From Schmidtea polychroa (taxonomy: Eukaryota), in contig CM097887.1 of NCBI GenBank assembly GCA_044892525.1, forward strand, positions 14,446,001 through 14,510,000: DNA of 64,000 nucleotides, read 5' to 3'. Below, piece by piece: positions 1 to 12,094 of this stretch; position 1 is the stretch's first letter, and each line of letters begins with the position of its first letter. The notes under the pieces are model-generated. The model was not told the origin of the DNA. It worked only from the letters and a program-made list of their open reading frames with translations, and did no database searches. The position numbers were made by a program, and so were the translations under genes.

Positions 1-90
1 ATATCAGCTTTTGCTTTCTCCATTATATCTATTCTCGGGTTCTTTCACCAATTAAATTTTCAAATCCCGGCTGAGCCCCCAAATTTGTAT

Positions 91-310
91 GGTGGGTTAC
101 AGGTGGTCGAATGATTAAGTGCTGTTACCAGCGTAACCCAACATGCAACATTAGTTTCCACTTGGTACCCGTTGAGTAATCAACGTTGGTACTGTACCAA
201 GGGGTTGAATACTCGCAAAAAGTGAGCGCATCAAAGCACTATAATTGTCGAGTACTCCATGGGTTCACGGACTACCGATAGAAGGTGTGTGTCCGATTTC
301 TCAGGTCCCT
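91..310 (-). ncRNA. Conserved structured RNA motif, copy R1 (3' of orphan ORF F1)
   Basis: Minus strand reads GGAC-ACAC-ACC UUCUAUC GGU-AGUCC ... GAGUACUCG..CGAGUAUUC ... CUUGGUAC-AGUACCAA-CGUUGA UUAC UCAACG-G-GUACCAAG, then a UGGGUUAC..GUAACCCA hairpin. Aligns along its length with 63361-63591 and in core motifs with five other copies. Confidence 0.7.
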
Positions 311-494
311 TTATCAAAATTGTTCTCCCAACCTTACACATAAGCTCTCATTTCTCAGGCAATCATAAGCATCCCGGACATTATCTAACGCTACAAAATA
401 CGTATTATTGTAACAACAAAAAAAATAAATATTATTTTAGTACTACAAGGTATATCAAACACACTACAAAATTACATAATCATGGAGTAAAAGT

Positions 495-953
495 TCAACT
501 CGGTCGGTTGGTGGGGCCGGTTAGTCCCGTCGTCGTCGTTTGTGACGAACCCGCTTGTCTTTCGTACTCAGCCAGTCTGGCCTTCTTTAATTTTTCGCGG
601 ATGTTTCGTCCGAGCCGTTTTCTTTTGGGCTTATTTTCGGCGGCTGGGGGATATATCGCCGCGAGTTCCACGGTCAATGGCCGTATTAGCCTTGCCACGG
701 CCTCCTGCACCAACTGCTCATTTCGTTCGGTTTCGAACGCCCGCACCTGCACTTTCAGGGCTCGAATCTCCATTTGGTCCTGAGTGGCCTGTGTCTGCAG
801 CTGGAGGATCTGGGCAGTTTTCTTCTTCATGGCTTCGGGACTAAACCAGGTCCCTTCGAACTCTCGACATTTTCCCTTCAACTTGTCCACCCGGACCCGG
901 AGTTCGTCAGCACGTTGTTGGGCCTGCTCCCGATCCTTTCGGAGATTTTCCAT
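495..953 (-). CDS. Orphan coiled-coil/basic protein, EGTWFSP family copy F1 (about 152 aa from ATG 953)
   Basis: Open frame with heptad-like N-terminus, KCREFEGTWFSPEAMKKK and KPKRKRLG. Homologous by eye to 39103-39864, 53633-54422 and 63699-64000. TGTTGTGTTTTAG acceptor-like site 11 nt before the ATG. Confidence 0.65.
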   Translation of the reverse strand: MENLRKDREQAQQRADELRVRVDKLKGKCREFEGTWFSPEAMKKKTAQILQLQTQATQDQMEIRALKVQVRAFETERNEQLVQEAVARLIRPLTVELAAIYPPAAENKPKRKRLGRNIREKLKKARLAEYERQAGSSQTTTTGLTGPTNRPS

Positions 954-1188
954 TAATTTGTACACTAAAACACAACAGTTGTCAGTTTCCTTCATATCGA
1001 ATAAAATGAAAATGTAAATTATTAATTAACATTAGCAATTCCCGATTACGACCTTATTGCACTTATTCAATTTACTATATGAATTCTAAAACTCCAAAAA
1101 AGAAATTTCCTTTATTTAAATAATACACATTAGAAGATAGCGGTGCTATAGATATAATGACTAAAATAAGTTGTTTATAGTCTAATAA

Positions 1189-1545
1189 TCACGCTTGGCG
1201 TTTGCGGGGCCTTCCTCGTTTTCTCGGGGGTACCTCCAATTCTTCCAGGGGCACTCCCTCCCTTTCTGCCCGGATTTGCATCTCTATCTTCTTAAGCCGG
1301 ATCTGAGCGGCTTCCACATCCCAGGCCGCTTGATCTCGGGCCTCCTGTAACCGGTTATTCTCCGGCTCCACCTTCACCCATACCGGGGCATCTACTTCGG
1401 GGCCCGTCCGGATTACTCGATCTGCGCAATCCAGGTCCCGTCCCTGACCCCACCGATGTATATGGTACCAGATGTACCGGGTCCGGAGTCGGGTGATCTT
1501 CTGCTGGTCAGTACCCTCGTCACTGCTAGAGCTGGATTGAGACAT
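1189..1545 (-). CDS. Small orphan protein with C-terminal AT-hook-like motif (about 118 aa)
   Basis: GC-rich open frame in AT-rich DNA, ending in RKRGRPRKR (RGRP core) after a short helical segment. ATGTTTATGTTACAG acceptor 2 nt before ATG 1545. Confidence 0.55.
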   Translation of the reverse strand: MSQSSSSSDEGTDQQKITRLRTRYIWYHIHRWGQGRDLDCADRVIRTGPEVDAPVWVKVEPENNRLQEARDQAAWDVEAAQIRLKKIEMQIRAEREGVPLEELEVPPRKRGRPRKRQA

Positions 1546-2987
1546 GTCTGTAACATAAACATTAAGACCCATACATAACCGCTGTGACTTATAAATAGAC
1601 GTCACAACAAAACATACAAAAATTTCTTGTTTAAAATCAATAATACTTAACTACTACATTTATTATAATTAATATAAATACTTCTAACATACCCAAATTT
1701 AATTTAATTTATTGATATGCTTTTTAATTAAGTAAACTAAGGAAAAATTTACTAAAGTTAAGTGTTAACGTTAAAAAAATTCGTACCCGAACCGAAAAAT
1801 CTCCAAAAATGGTTTTGTTTAAAATTATTATTTTAATCATTCGGCATTTATTTACCACTGGTTGGTAATTTGGATTTTATAAGTTAAAATTTTTGAATTT
1901 TTTAGGTAATTTTTAGGTAAAAGTGAATATCTCCACTAAATGCGGTTACGCCAGGCGAAGGGTGCTAGTGGCGAGCTCAGTCTCTTGCTCACTTACTCTT
2001 CCCCTGGTTGTATTCGTTATAAGTGGGAAAATCATCATTTATCCGTTTGTGGTAATTTATTTCTTGATCTTATATACCTAATTTAGGGACAGTTTGATGA
2101 TTATTTTTCCCAGCTGGAGCTGTCGAGGTTCAGTTTCAGCAGTTCGTCCTATGACTCTTGATCAGGAAATCATGGCCTGTATTCATAAAGATTGTGTGAG
2201 TTGATTGATTGAAAGGGGAAAAATTAATATTGAATCTTTATTTAGTCGCAGTTGACGACTTGTAACCTTGCACGAACATTGATTAACTTGTTTGTATTCT
2301 GTGCGCTTTCAATATTCTATTGTCGTTTCAATATGAGATTTTTATTTGTCTAAATTTATTGCAATTGTCAAATTTTATTAGTCAGTTATTGTTGTAAGCA
2401 AATTTATTCGAACAAAGTGGTAATATTTAATGAATTTATAAATGTGAGCAACCGTTAAACATGATAAATATACTAAAGTCGATGAATGAAAGTACTATTA
2501 CCATAATATCTGCAAGTAATTTGCTTTTATATGAAGAAACCCAAATATTTGGTTGGTTTGTAATGTGGTTCTAATTTAGAAATTTTTCATCTAAGTCATT
2601 TGGTATTAATGAACATGAAGTAGTTATGGTTAATATACTCTTGCCTACTTTAATTGAATTTATAAAGAAGTTGTATGTTTGTTTTTTGTTCGGGATTTAA
2701 GGGTCAGATTGCATAGTTGCTCATACGTCCTCACCCATATCCCCCGGTGACTTGAATAATGGTAATATTTTTCTAGGGGGGGGGTGTTGCTAAAAATAGT
2801 CTTCAGAATTCTGATTCCTCTGATTGGCTCGGAGGGTCGTTTCTAAATTTAATTTCTTGGGGAAATCCTAAAATCAATATCAGATTGGGATATTAACTTT
2901 GACAAGTAATAATAATTGTTAATAATAATAATATATAATCAGTATAGTATTTATACACTTACTAATATATTCCACCATGACTAAGTG

Positions 2988-2989
<2 letters not shown>

Positions 2990-3068
<79 letters not shown>
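2990..3068. repeat. (TA)n microsatellite
   Basis: Uninterrupted TA dinucleotide run. Confidence 0.95.
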
Positions 3069-3072
<4 letters not shown>

Positions 3073-5544
3073 CTACAATTAAATTATATATATTAAGAAC
3101 AATATTAGTAAAAATAATAGTCAAGTCATATATAACTGATCATAATTAGTAATAATAGCAACAATAAGGATAACCATAATTACCATGGTAACAATAATAA
3201 TAATGTTAATGATAATAATAAGGGTCGTACTGATGATAATGATAATAATAAGATTAACATTGATAATANNNNNNNNNNNNNNNNNNNNNNNNNNNNNNNN
3301 NNNNNNNNNNNNNNNNNNNNNNNNNNNNNNNNNNNNNNNNNNNNNNNNNNNNNNNNNNNNNNNNNNNNNNNNNNNNNNNNNNNNNNNNNNNNNNNNNNNN
3401 NNNNNNNNNNNNNNNNNGATAATAAGAATAATGGTAATAATGATGGTAATGTTAGCAGTAACAGCAATAATATTAGGGTTAATATAATTTTACCTGATAC
3501 CATTCGAAGCTTATATTTCTCATTTTAAAGATTTCTATTCTATGATTTAGAAAGTTACTTTTGGTAACTTATAAATTTCCGTTCCTAATTTAAATTTTAT
3601 ATTTTTCAATTTACACATTTGTACGTTATAATTTCTAATTGTATATATTATAGTGTATAACTTAATAATTTATGATTTTGTACTTTATATTTTATAATTT
3701 TATATTTTATAATTTTATGTTTTACAATTCAGGGGTTTAGATTTTATAATTTATAGTTATATATTTCGTAGTTCATAATTTTATATTTAATAATTCACGA
3801 TTTTAGGTTTTATACTTTAGGATTTTATATTTCATAATTTATGATTTTATAATTTATACTTTATGAATTTCTAGTCAGCTTTACATGACTTTTTATAAGT
3901 TACTTTTGTGGGATCATCATAGTTTTCTAAAATGTTTTCAAGTTTGTCGGTAGCTATTCCCTGACTCTATTCCCGAAGTTCCACGTTTATGTATAATTAG
4001 TAAAGAAACATTTCCGATACCCAAAATCTATAGCTCCTAATCGGGATTTTCCATTAATGACTTACATCAATATAATTAGCTCTAAGATCTTACAACTATT
4101 TATACAATTATAGCTAAATATTTATACATTAATGAATGTTTAAAGTGGGAATTGGATTTAAAATCCTTACATTTACTTTGAATCAGCATAGCTAGATTAA
4201 GTTGTACCTGCACGTATGCCGAATATCTTTCTTATCTCTATTACTTTATCAAAATTTTCTATTACCAAATTTAGTTCGGCCTATGTCCAAGTATAATTGA
4301 AATTACTGTGATGAATCAACTAGCTACATTAATGTGAGTGCAGAATTGTGTAATTTTAGGTACGAGCTCTGCTCAAATTAGAACCTTAGTGTAGAGTTAT
4401 TATTCAGGATATTAAGTGTTGATTTTAAATATGTGTTGCATAGGAGGTCGGGAAGAATATTGCTTCCATGGCCCCACTGTGACCACTTCCACAAACCTTT
4501 GTGTTGAGTGTTGAGTCAACCATTTACGATCGACCTTACATAAATACAAAGAGTCAGGCGAAGGGTTTCCTCGACCTAACTCCATGGCAGGACCATGAAG
4601 TAGTTCGACCTCCGGCTGACCCGAACAAAAAGGGTTTTATAGATAATAATAATGCATGTGTGAATGAGAAATAGAATTTAAGAATCATACGCAGGACCGA
4701 TCAGAGACGTACTCGGACGCCGCTGATCCGTCGAGAATTACTAGAACATAAAATCTTAATAATATTCTTAATGAACAAAAGGTTGATATTAATATAATTA
4801 CGTAGCATAAAATTACATCAAATCAAAAGGCTTACCAATAATTTTCCAGAAAATTCTTCAGCAAAGTATTGGCACAAAGATTGATTGTGACTGAAACGTG
4901 TCAGTATATATACCTATTTAGTACACGTGTATGTATTGATGCATTAAAACAAACTCGAATTCTTTTTATTCCAGAATTGTCTATTTTGCGATTTTGATAT
5001 TTTTAATGGCAATTTTTGTGCCATAATTTTTGTTTTTATTTTTATATTTTTATTTTTTAATTATTTTTCGTTAAATTGACGTCCATGATGGATTTGGAGC
5101 GGTTCCAGAACATTCTATTTTACTTTTAATTTAATTTTTATTCTAACTGGTGTTTTTATGAATTTCTTTTTAAGATTTTTTATTTTTAATACTAATTTAT
5201 TTATTTTCCCTAACTTTTGTTGTTCTAGATGACTTTTGTGATGGTCATCGCCATTTTTATAGAATGTTCTGGGTTTTTCTGGAATGTTTTACTGTTTTTA
5301 TTGTTTTTTAAGTTACTCGAGTTTGTTTTTTGTAACTCTGTGTTTATTTGGTTATTTCCGAGTTCTATTTTACATAATTTTACTTAATTTCTATGTTTAT
5401 TATTTGTTGTTTTTTCCTTTAATTACTATTGTTTATTTGGTGTAGTTTTGATATATTTAGTTATACTTCTTGCTTTTTGCATGCTGTGTACTTACACATT
5501 TCAGTCACAATTAGAAATTTGGGTCTAGAAGTCAGTTCTAGCCC

Positions 5545-5731
5545 AACAGTATTGACTGTTGGCTGTTTGTCTATGATTAGAATTGCCTCTTTAAATTTGA
5601 AAATTTTTTTATGTTGTCTTGAGCTAAGATTTTATTTAAAATATTTTTCTTTCCTTCCTTGGTTGACATTATTGGAGAAATCTTTATACAAAGAATTTTC
5701 CAGTAGGATCTAGATGTTCTTTAACTCTTTA
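5545..5731 (-). mobile_element. Degenerate Penelope-like GIY-YIG endonuclease fragment
   Basis: Reverse strand AAAGAGTTAAAGAACATCTAGATCC... translates to LDP..CQP..FKEAILII.KQP with stops, matching 31760-31950. Confidence 0.7.
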
Positions 5732-6311
5732 ATTTTTCATAAAAATCATATTTATTAAAGGTGAAAATTTGAATTAATTTTCCGTTTAAATCCTCGAAAA
5801 ATAATTTTTATTTATTTCAGCCAATGAGAAGGTAGAAAGTTAATTTTAAAAAAGAAGATCAAAAAGTATTTGGAAATTGACACAAATAAATTCCAAGAAA
5901 TTGACAAGGATTATTTNNNNNNNNNNNNNNNNNNNNNNNNNNNNNNNNNNNNNNNNNNNNNNNNNNNNNNNNNNNNNNNNNNNNNNNNNNNNNNNNNNNN
6001 NNNNNNNNNNNNNNNNNNNNNNNNNNNNNNNNNNNNNNNNNNNNNNNNNNNNNNNNNNNNNNNNNNNNNNNNNNNNNNNNNNNTTAGCAATACAATATAT
6101 ATTACCATCTTGATTCGGATCCACCTTACATCATTCAGTACATAATTCGCACCAAATCAAATCCGTTCACAATAGATATGGATGTAAAGCGCCTAGAATT
6201 AAATCAAAGTAATTGTAATGATCCGTAATAAGTGGTTCATATAATTAGATGATCTATCACGTGAGTGTTGATATAATACTAAGATTCATTAAACATATTT
6301 TAATACAAGCG

Positions 6312-7954
6312 ATGAAAACTAAATTAGGTTCTTTTTTATTTATTCTTTCATTGCTTTCGTTGCACGCCTGTGTTGAGCCTAAAACGTCTTCATTTCGAAT
6401 AGCAGTGAACCAGAAAGGCCAATTCATTGACAATTATAATAGAATTCTAAAGTTCCATGGATTTAACTCCGTTAAAAAAGTCTTCCCATGGTATGATAGT
6501 CAAATATTGAATGAGACACGGCTGAAACTATACAAAGAATGGGGATTCAATCTCGTCAGATTAGGAACGATGTGGTCTGGAGTTGAACCGAATGAAGGCC
6601 AGTTCAATCAGACATATATTGGGATTTTACAAACAATTGTTGATAAATTGAACCAATATGGAATGTTCAGCTTCCTGGATATGCATCAAGATGTAATGTC
6701 CAGCAAATACAATGGTAATGATGGGATACCTTTATGGCTGGTTAACCAGTTTCCTGAACCGGAAGGTGATAACAAGTTTCCACACCCTCTAGACATAAAC
6801 ACCACCTATTCATGGGCAACGTACTATATAACCTATGCAGCCTCGGATGGTTTCCAAAATCTGTATAAAAATCCAATTGCAACCAACCATTGGAGTAATT
6901 TTTGGAAAGTCATAGCTCGGTCATTCGTGAATAACACGGCGGTTATGGGATATGAATTGATCAATGAGCCTTGGTTTGGTAACTTTTATGAGAATATGGA
7001 ATTACTTTTACCAGGTTTGATATTGTGACCATTATCATTTCTGATGGTCTTCATCATCTAGGTTATGCTGGTAGGGAGAACCTTTTGCCTATCTATGACA
7101 TACTCGTAGATGCAATTAGAACAATTGATAATGATACCCTGATATTTTATGAACCAGTGACTATAGGGGCTTACTATCCAAGCACCGGAAATCTCGGAAC
7201 TGGATTCAACCGAGTTCCTGGTCGACTTCAACAACGGGATAAATCAGTACTTTCCTATCATTATTATTGTTTCCTATTGAACAGTATGGATCCGACAACA
7301 AATTATACGCCATCAGATCAAATTTTTTGTCAGAACTTTTTTATGAAGAATGTATGAATATTTGCATTTGTTTTAGTGTAGCAATTTCCTATTTTTCTAT
7401 TTTATAAATATTTCTCTTTCACTTGAAATTTTAATTTCTACATTTAGGTTTTTGAATCGGCCGCGAAAAACATCAATGAAACCGGTGGAGGATCCTTGTT
7501 ATCAGAATTCGGAATATGTATTCCAGATGGCAACCCTCACTCTATCAATACTCAAGAATGTGAGGCAGTCTTGGAGAAAACCGAAGAATATTATCAAAGT
7601 TTCACATATTGGGATTCGATTTTCTTCGATTCTAACGGAGCGATTCTTCCAAATGTTGTCAAAATGTTCGCCAGGACCTACCCGAGAGCATTACAAGGTC
7701 AACCAATCAAATACTCGTTCAATATGACCTCCGGCTATTTTCAATTATCCTATGAAATAGATTTGACAATCGCAGCGCCAACTGAGATATTCATCCCAAT
7801 TACGGTTCATTACGTCCATGGATTCGTCAATGAGACCTTTCCGTTTATGCCGACTCATTTTGATAAGGATAATTTTATATTTTCTATAATGGCGGATGGC
7901 AAAACGAAACATCGGGAAAATGTTACTGTCATTATTAAACCTCTTTCTATATAA
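6312..7954 (+). CDS. Endoglycoceramidase-like GH5 glycoside hydrolase, copy A (exons 6312-7014, 7062-7351, 7448-7954; 499 aa)
   Basis: Signal-peptide-like N-terminus; motifs WGFNLVRLG, LDMHQD, GYELINEP (acid/base), SYHYY, LSEFG (nucleophile), RTYP..QG; two GT-AG introns restore one continuous frame. Confidence 0.9.
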
Positions 7955-8382
7955 AACCCACTAAAAATTATTATTATCTTGACAATCTTTTATAATTTTA
8001 TTTTTACTGCTTCTCTTTATGAATTTTTTACTCATTTAATTAAAACTTTGTTTGATCAATATTATTTTGATTTATATAACACTAATTTTCGGTACGATCT
8101 TTTTTAAGTATTTGTTAATTATTTTTAATAGTGATGGATGAATATTCCATTAATAATTGGGTTAGGGTTGGCTCTACTGTGATTGGTCCAGAAAAATAAG
8201 AAATAGATGGTTATAATAAGGAAATAATAAATAAACACAAATAAAATTTATAATTACTAAAAATACTACATAATTAATAAGAGTAATTTTAAAAGACTAA
8301 AAGTATCTCATTATTTATTTTATCTCATTATAGAAATTTTACAAGTATCAATTATTAAGGAAATATATTTATAGTAATTATC

Positions 8383-8864
8383 GGTATACATTTATATCCG
8401 CGCGCCCACAACCGCGCTGTTAAAAAAGGCGCGCAAACAATATCGCGACTTGTGAGCAGAAAGATTACATAACAACAAAATACATACAGCTAAAATACTT
8501 CCAATCTCAATCATAGTGATTTAACTATTTTAATTTATTATTATTATTAATAGTTTTGCTTAAATAATGTTAGGTTTTATTTTGTTTCGTTTTATAGTAG
8601 TTCTTTTTGATGATGTTTTATACAGTTTGGGATATAATAAGTAGATAATAATTAGTAGATAAGAAAGGTGAAGAAAGATAAGTTAAAACTGAAGTTAGGA
8701 ATTGAAAAGGTTAAAAAATAAAAAAAACGAAAAAGAAAATGAAAATGAAAGAATATAAATAATTCATTTAATACATCAATGTGACGCGCGGTTATGATTT
8801 TCGCGGTTTTGAGTGTGTGTTTTTTAACGGCGCGATATGGAGCTCGCGGTTATTAGAGTGAACC
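8383..8864. mobile_element. MULE-type MITE
   Basis: Imperfect TIRs (GGT..A...CCGCG.GC.C.A..CGCGC.GTTAAAAAA at both ends); flanks GTAATTATC / TTAATTATC give a 9-bp TSD with 8/9 match. Confidence 0.7.
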
Positions 8865-10505
8865 TTAATTATCTATTCAAGAATAGTATTACTATTACCA
8901 AATTTAATTTAACAAAAAATTATTTTATATAAATATAAGGTTGAATAGGATAGGTTGTGTTTGAAATGCATTATCATTATATTGAAATCATTACACAAAG
9001 GGTTTAGCTCTTTAACGTTAATTTACCTATATAGCTGACGTTACAAAAAGTTTGCAGAACAGTAAGCAGTTATCAATTCTATTGATTAAACTGCTTGTAA
9101 AAGTTGTGTAGATCTTACTGAAAAAGAGTGATATTGAAATAACTGTTTTCTAAGGAAACTGGTTTGTCAAGTTTTTCATTTAGATTTCCAGAGAGTAGTA
9201 TTTTAAGAAAACGTTGTTACCGATTTCTGGGTGGCAAGCAATCGCGCTAAATTTGGGTATCCTCATATTTTACATGTCACCTTAGAGCGAAATTGTAGAT
9301 AAATTAGAATCCACCTCTCGTCATTTTAGAAATATTTGAGGACGGTTGGACAAACTCGAGATCTGTCTTTAGAGAAATAGTGGCATTTTTATTTTAGTGT
9401 TTGTAATACATTGAATTTAATTGTAATTAAATAATTTTTATTTATATTTAATAAAGTTTTTAAACAATTTTTTAACCCGTATAATCTTTTGTAATCAGTT
9501 TCGATTGTGTCAGTAGTTTAACACGTATAAATGGTCTTAACAATAGAACACAAGAAATTTGCAGTTAGTGTTACAAATTCGGATTTCACATAAACGTCAG
9601 CTAAGGGTAACATGTCGAAATTCTCGGGAAAATTTAACCGAATCCATTTAAAAGAAACATCGACCTACAACGGCAGAGGTAGGTTTTGGAGCGGGGAAAA
9701 TCTAAATAAAATTATTTTTCATTATTATTAAATTCTTTCTTGTAATGAAGCAAATAACATGAAATTTGACTCATTAAGCTTTAGTTTAGATAATTAGGGG
9801 TAGGCTCTAGGAATGTCTCAGAGTCCATTGATAACATTTTTCAAAATATGCAATCTCGTGATTGATATATTTATATACATGTATGTTAAATAAATAATTC
9901 CTGATATAATAACAATGTAACTGAAACTATTTATTTTTATTAACCCACTGAATTACAAAAATGCGCAATTGAAAAGCGTCTTTAATAACATTAATTTAGA
10001 GTTCCGACAATATAAATTAAACATACTATATCTGTATTTGTGTGTGTTATAGTAAAAACTGACATTAAATTACACCTATTTCCATTGGATAACTTATAAT
10101 ACATGTTGGTGTTGGTAGTAGTACGTAAATATTAGCCCGCTGCACCCATCTGGACACTGTAGCAAGACTATCCGATGCATGTCACTGTGACACATCGGGT
10201 ACAGCAGAAATGTCAATGTGAAACACTACAGTCCATGGGCGTCCGCAGGAATTTTTCCGAAGGAGAGCAAAAATATTTTTTTACCAAGTAGACAATTTTT
10301 CTAGGAGGAAGAGAGTTGAAAAAATGCATGTGTATAATAAATATTTGGTGCGTTATACAAAATAGTACTTTTTTTCGTTTATTTACAAAATAGAATACTT
10401 TTTTTAAAACCAGAACGTCAGTTAATATTGAAAGTTTTTATACAAATAAGATGATTTGAAATCATTGATTTCCAGATATAATTAATAACATTAAAAACGA
10501 TTCCC

Positions 10506-10929
10506 GGTAAGTTTATCGAAAACGAGTTTATCGAATGATCAATTGATCGAATGACGAGTTTATCGAAAAATATTATTTTTAAGGAACTTACGAATTGTGG
10601 ATTTTATCTCAAAAAAGCATGTCTCTTTTTAAAAAATTAAAAACTTTTAAATATTTGATTTATATACAGAAATTTTAAATATTTTATTCGCTTTTGATAA
10701 ACTCGCTTTCGATAAACTCGTTTTCGATAAACTCGTCGGCTAGCATTATTTCAGTATTTTTTGCCTTAACCTTTTTTCAATATTTTTTACCTAAAACGAA
10801 TGTTTTGCAACAAATGCTATTATAAACACATTTTAAGTTTCTGCATATAAAGAAAATATTTAAAAGTTTTTAATTCCTTAAAAATAATATTTTTCGATAA
10901 ACTCGTTTTCGATAACCTCGTCGGCTACC
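10506..10929. repeat. MITE-like array of GAGTTTATCGAAAAC units in inverted arrangement
   Basis: Units at 10510-10570 face reverse-complement units at 10705-10742 and 10893-10929; the right end GTCGGCTA occurs twice; no TSD found. Confidence 0.55.
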
Positions 10930-11649
10930 TAGAAAACGTAGGAAGCCTCTTTAAATAAAATTTTCTTATTAATTTTTTTTTGTCGTGTTTTTCCAACATT
11001 GTTGGAATGAAATGGTTTGGGAAATTCATTGGGGGGCTTATAGTAACATATTTTAAAACATAATTAAAGTAATAATTATAAATTGAGTTAATTAAGGTAA
11101 ATATGGTAATAATTAGTGTAAGATTATTTCATGAAAGGACGTCTTAAGAGAAATTAAAGTAATAATTTTAAATCAAGTAAATTAGAGCATTAATTTAAAA
11201 TTAGTGTAAGATAATTTAAAGAATCGACGTCTTCTGGGAAATTTAAAATAGTAATGAAATTTAAAATGCAATAATTTACATAGATAATTTTTAGTGTAAA
11301 TTTTCAAAATTTTAATGTAATAATTTTCAAAATTAATTTTAGTGCGAATTTTAATAAAATAAATTTTTGTGAATAATAATAATGATTATGGTAACTATGA
11401 ATAACATAATTAATAACTAAAATTTATTAATTATAAAATTGCGATAAAAATATATCTGTATCCCATCTGATGATGATTTGGCTGACATGCTTGCTGAAAG
11501 GTTCTTTCTGTTTTAGTGTTTCTATTCATATTTTCTTTTAAACGTGCTTTTTTCCAGGATTTCTTGTTATTTGAAAACTTGCGTATTATTTTGTTCTGAT
11601 TATATAAACAAGCGGTTTTTCTTATATATATTCTAGTATTAATATGCAA

Positions 11650-12094
11650 ATATCTATAATAATAATAATAAAACCAAAAAAATTATATATAAAAGGAAAG
11701 CATAACAAATAATGGTAAAATCAATAAAAGTGCAAAATTAATTAAAATTTACTAAAATTCAATATTGAACAGGGGTATGGTTGAATGCTAAATTGATAGA
11801 CGAGTTCAGAAATTATATTGAAAATTTAGTAAGGTGTTCACAAGGAAAGTTTATGCGAAAAAACAAATTAATTAATCGGTAATGGAAAGCCCGAGCGCTA
11901 TAGGAAACACGTTGCGCAGTGAGACCCGAGCAATAAGATAAGAGAGGGAATATTTTGAGTTCTAATCAACGGTAAACAAATTAAAACAATTAGAAAACCC
12001 TCAAATATTGACTTAGGATTCTTGGTGAAATAATTAATTGTAACTCTTTAGATAATTGGCCTCTCAGAAACAGTATAAAAAGAGAGCACATAAA
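11650..12094 (+). mobile_element. LTR-like fragment interrupted by the Zator-type element (continues 15329-15528)
   Basis: AATTAATC..AATGGAAAGCCCGAGC matches the solo LTR at 36130-36220; TATAAAAAGAGAGCACA lies just before the insertion; the right part ends in ...TTAACA. Boundaries approximate. Confidence 0.45.

Noticed and set aside
259-1017. Plus-strand ORFs 259-783, 542-844, 774-956 and 784-1017
   Set aside because: Antisense shadows of the GC-rich F1 ORF; no motifs and not conserved in other copies.
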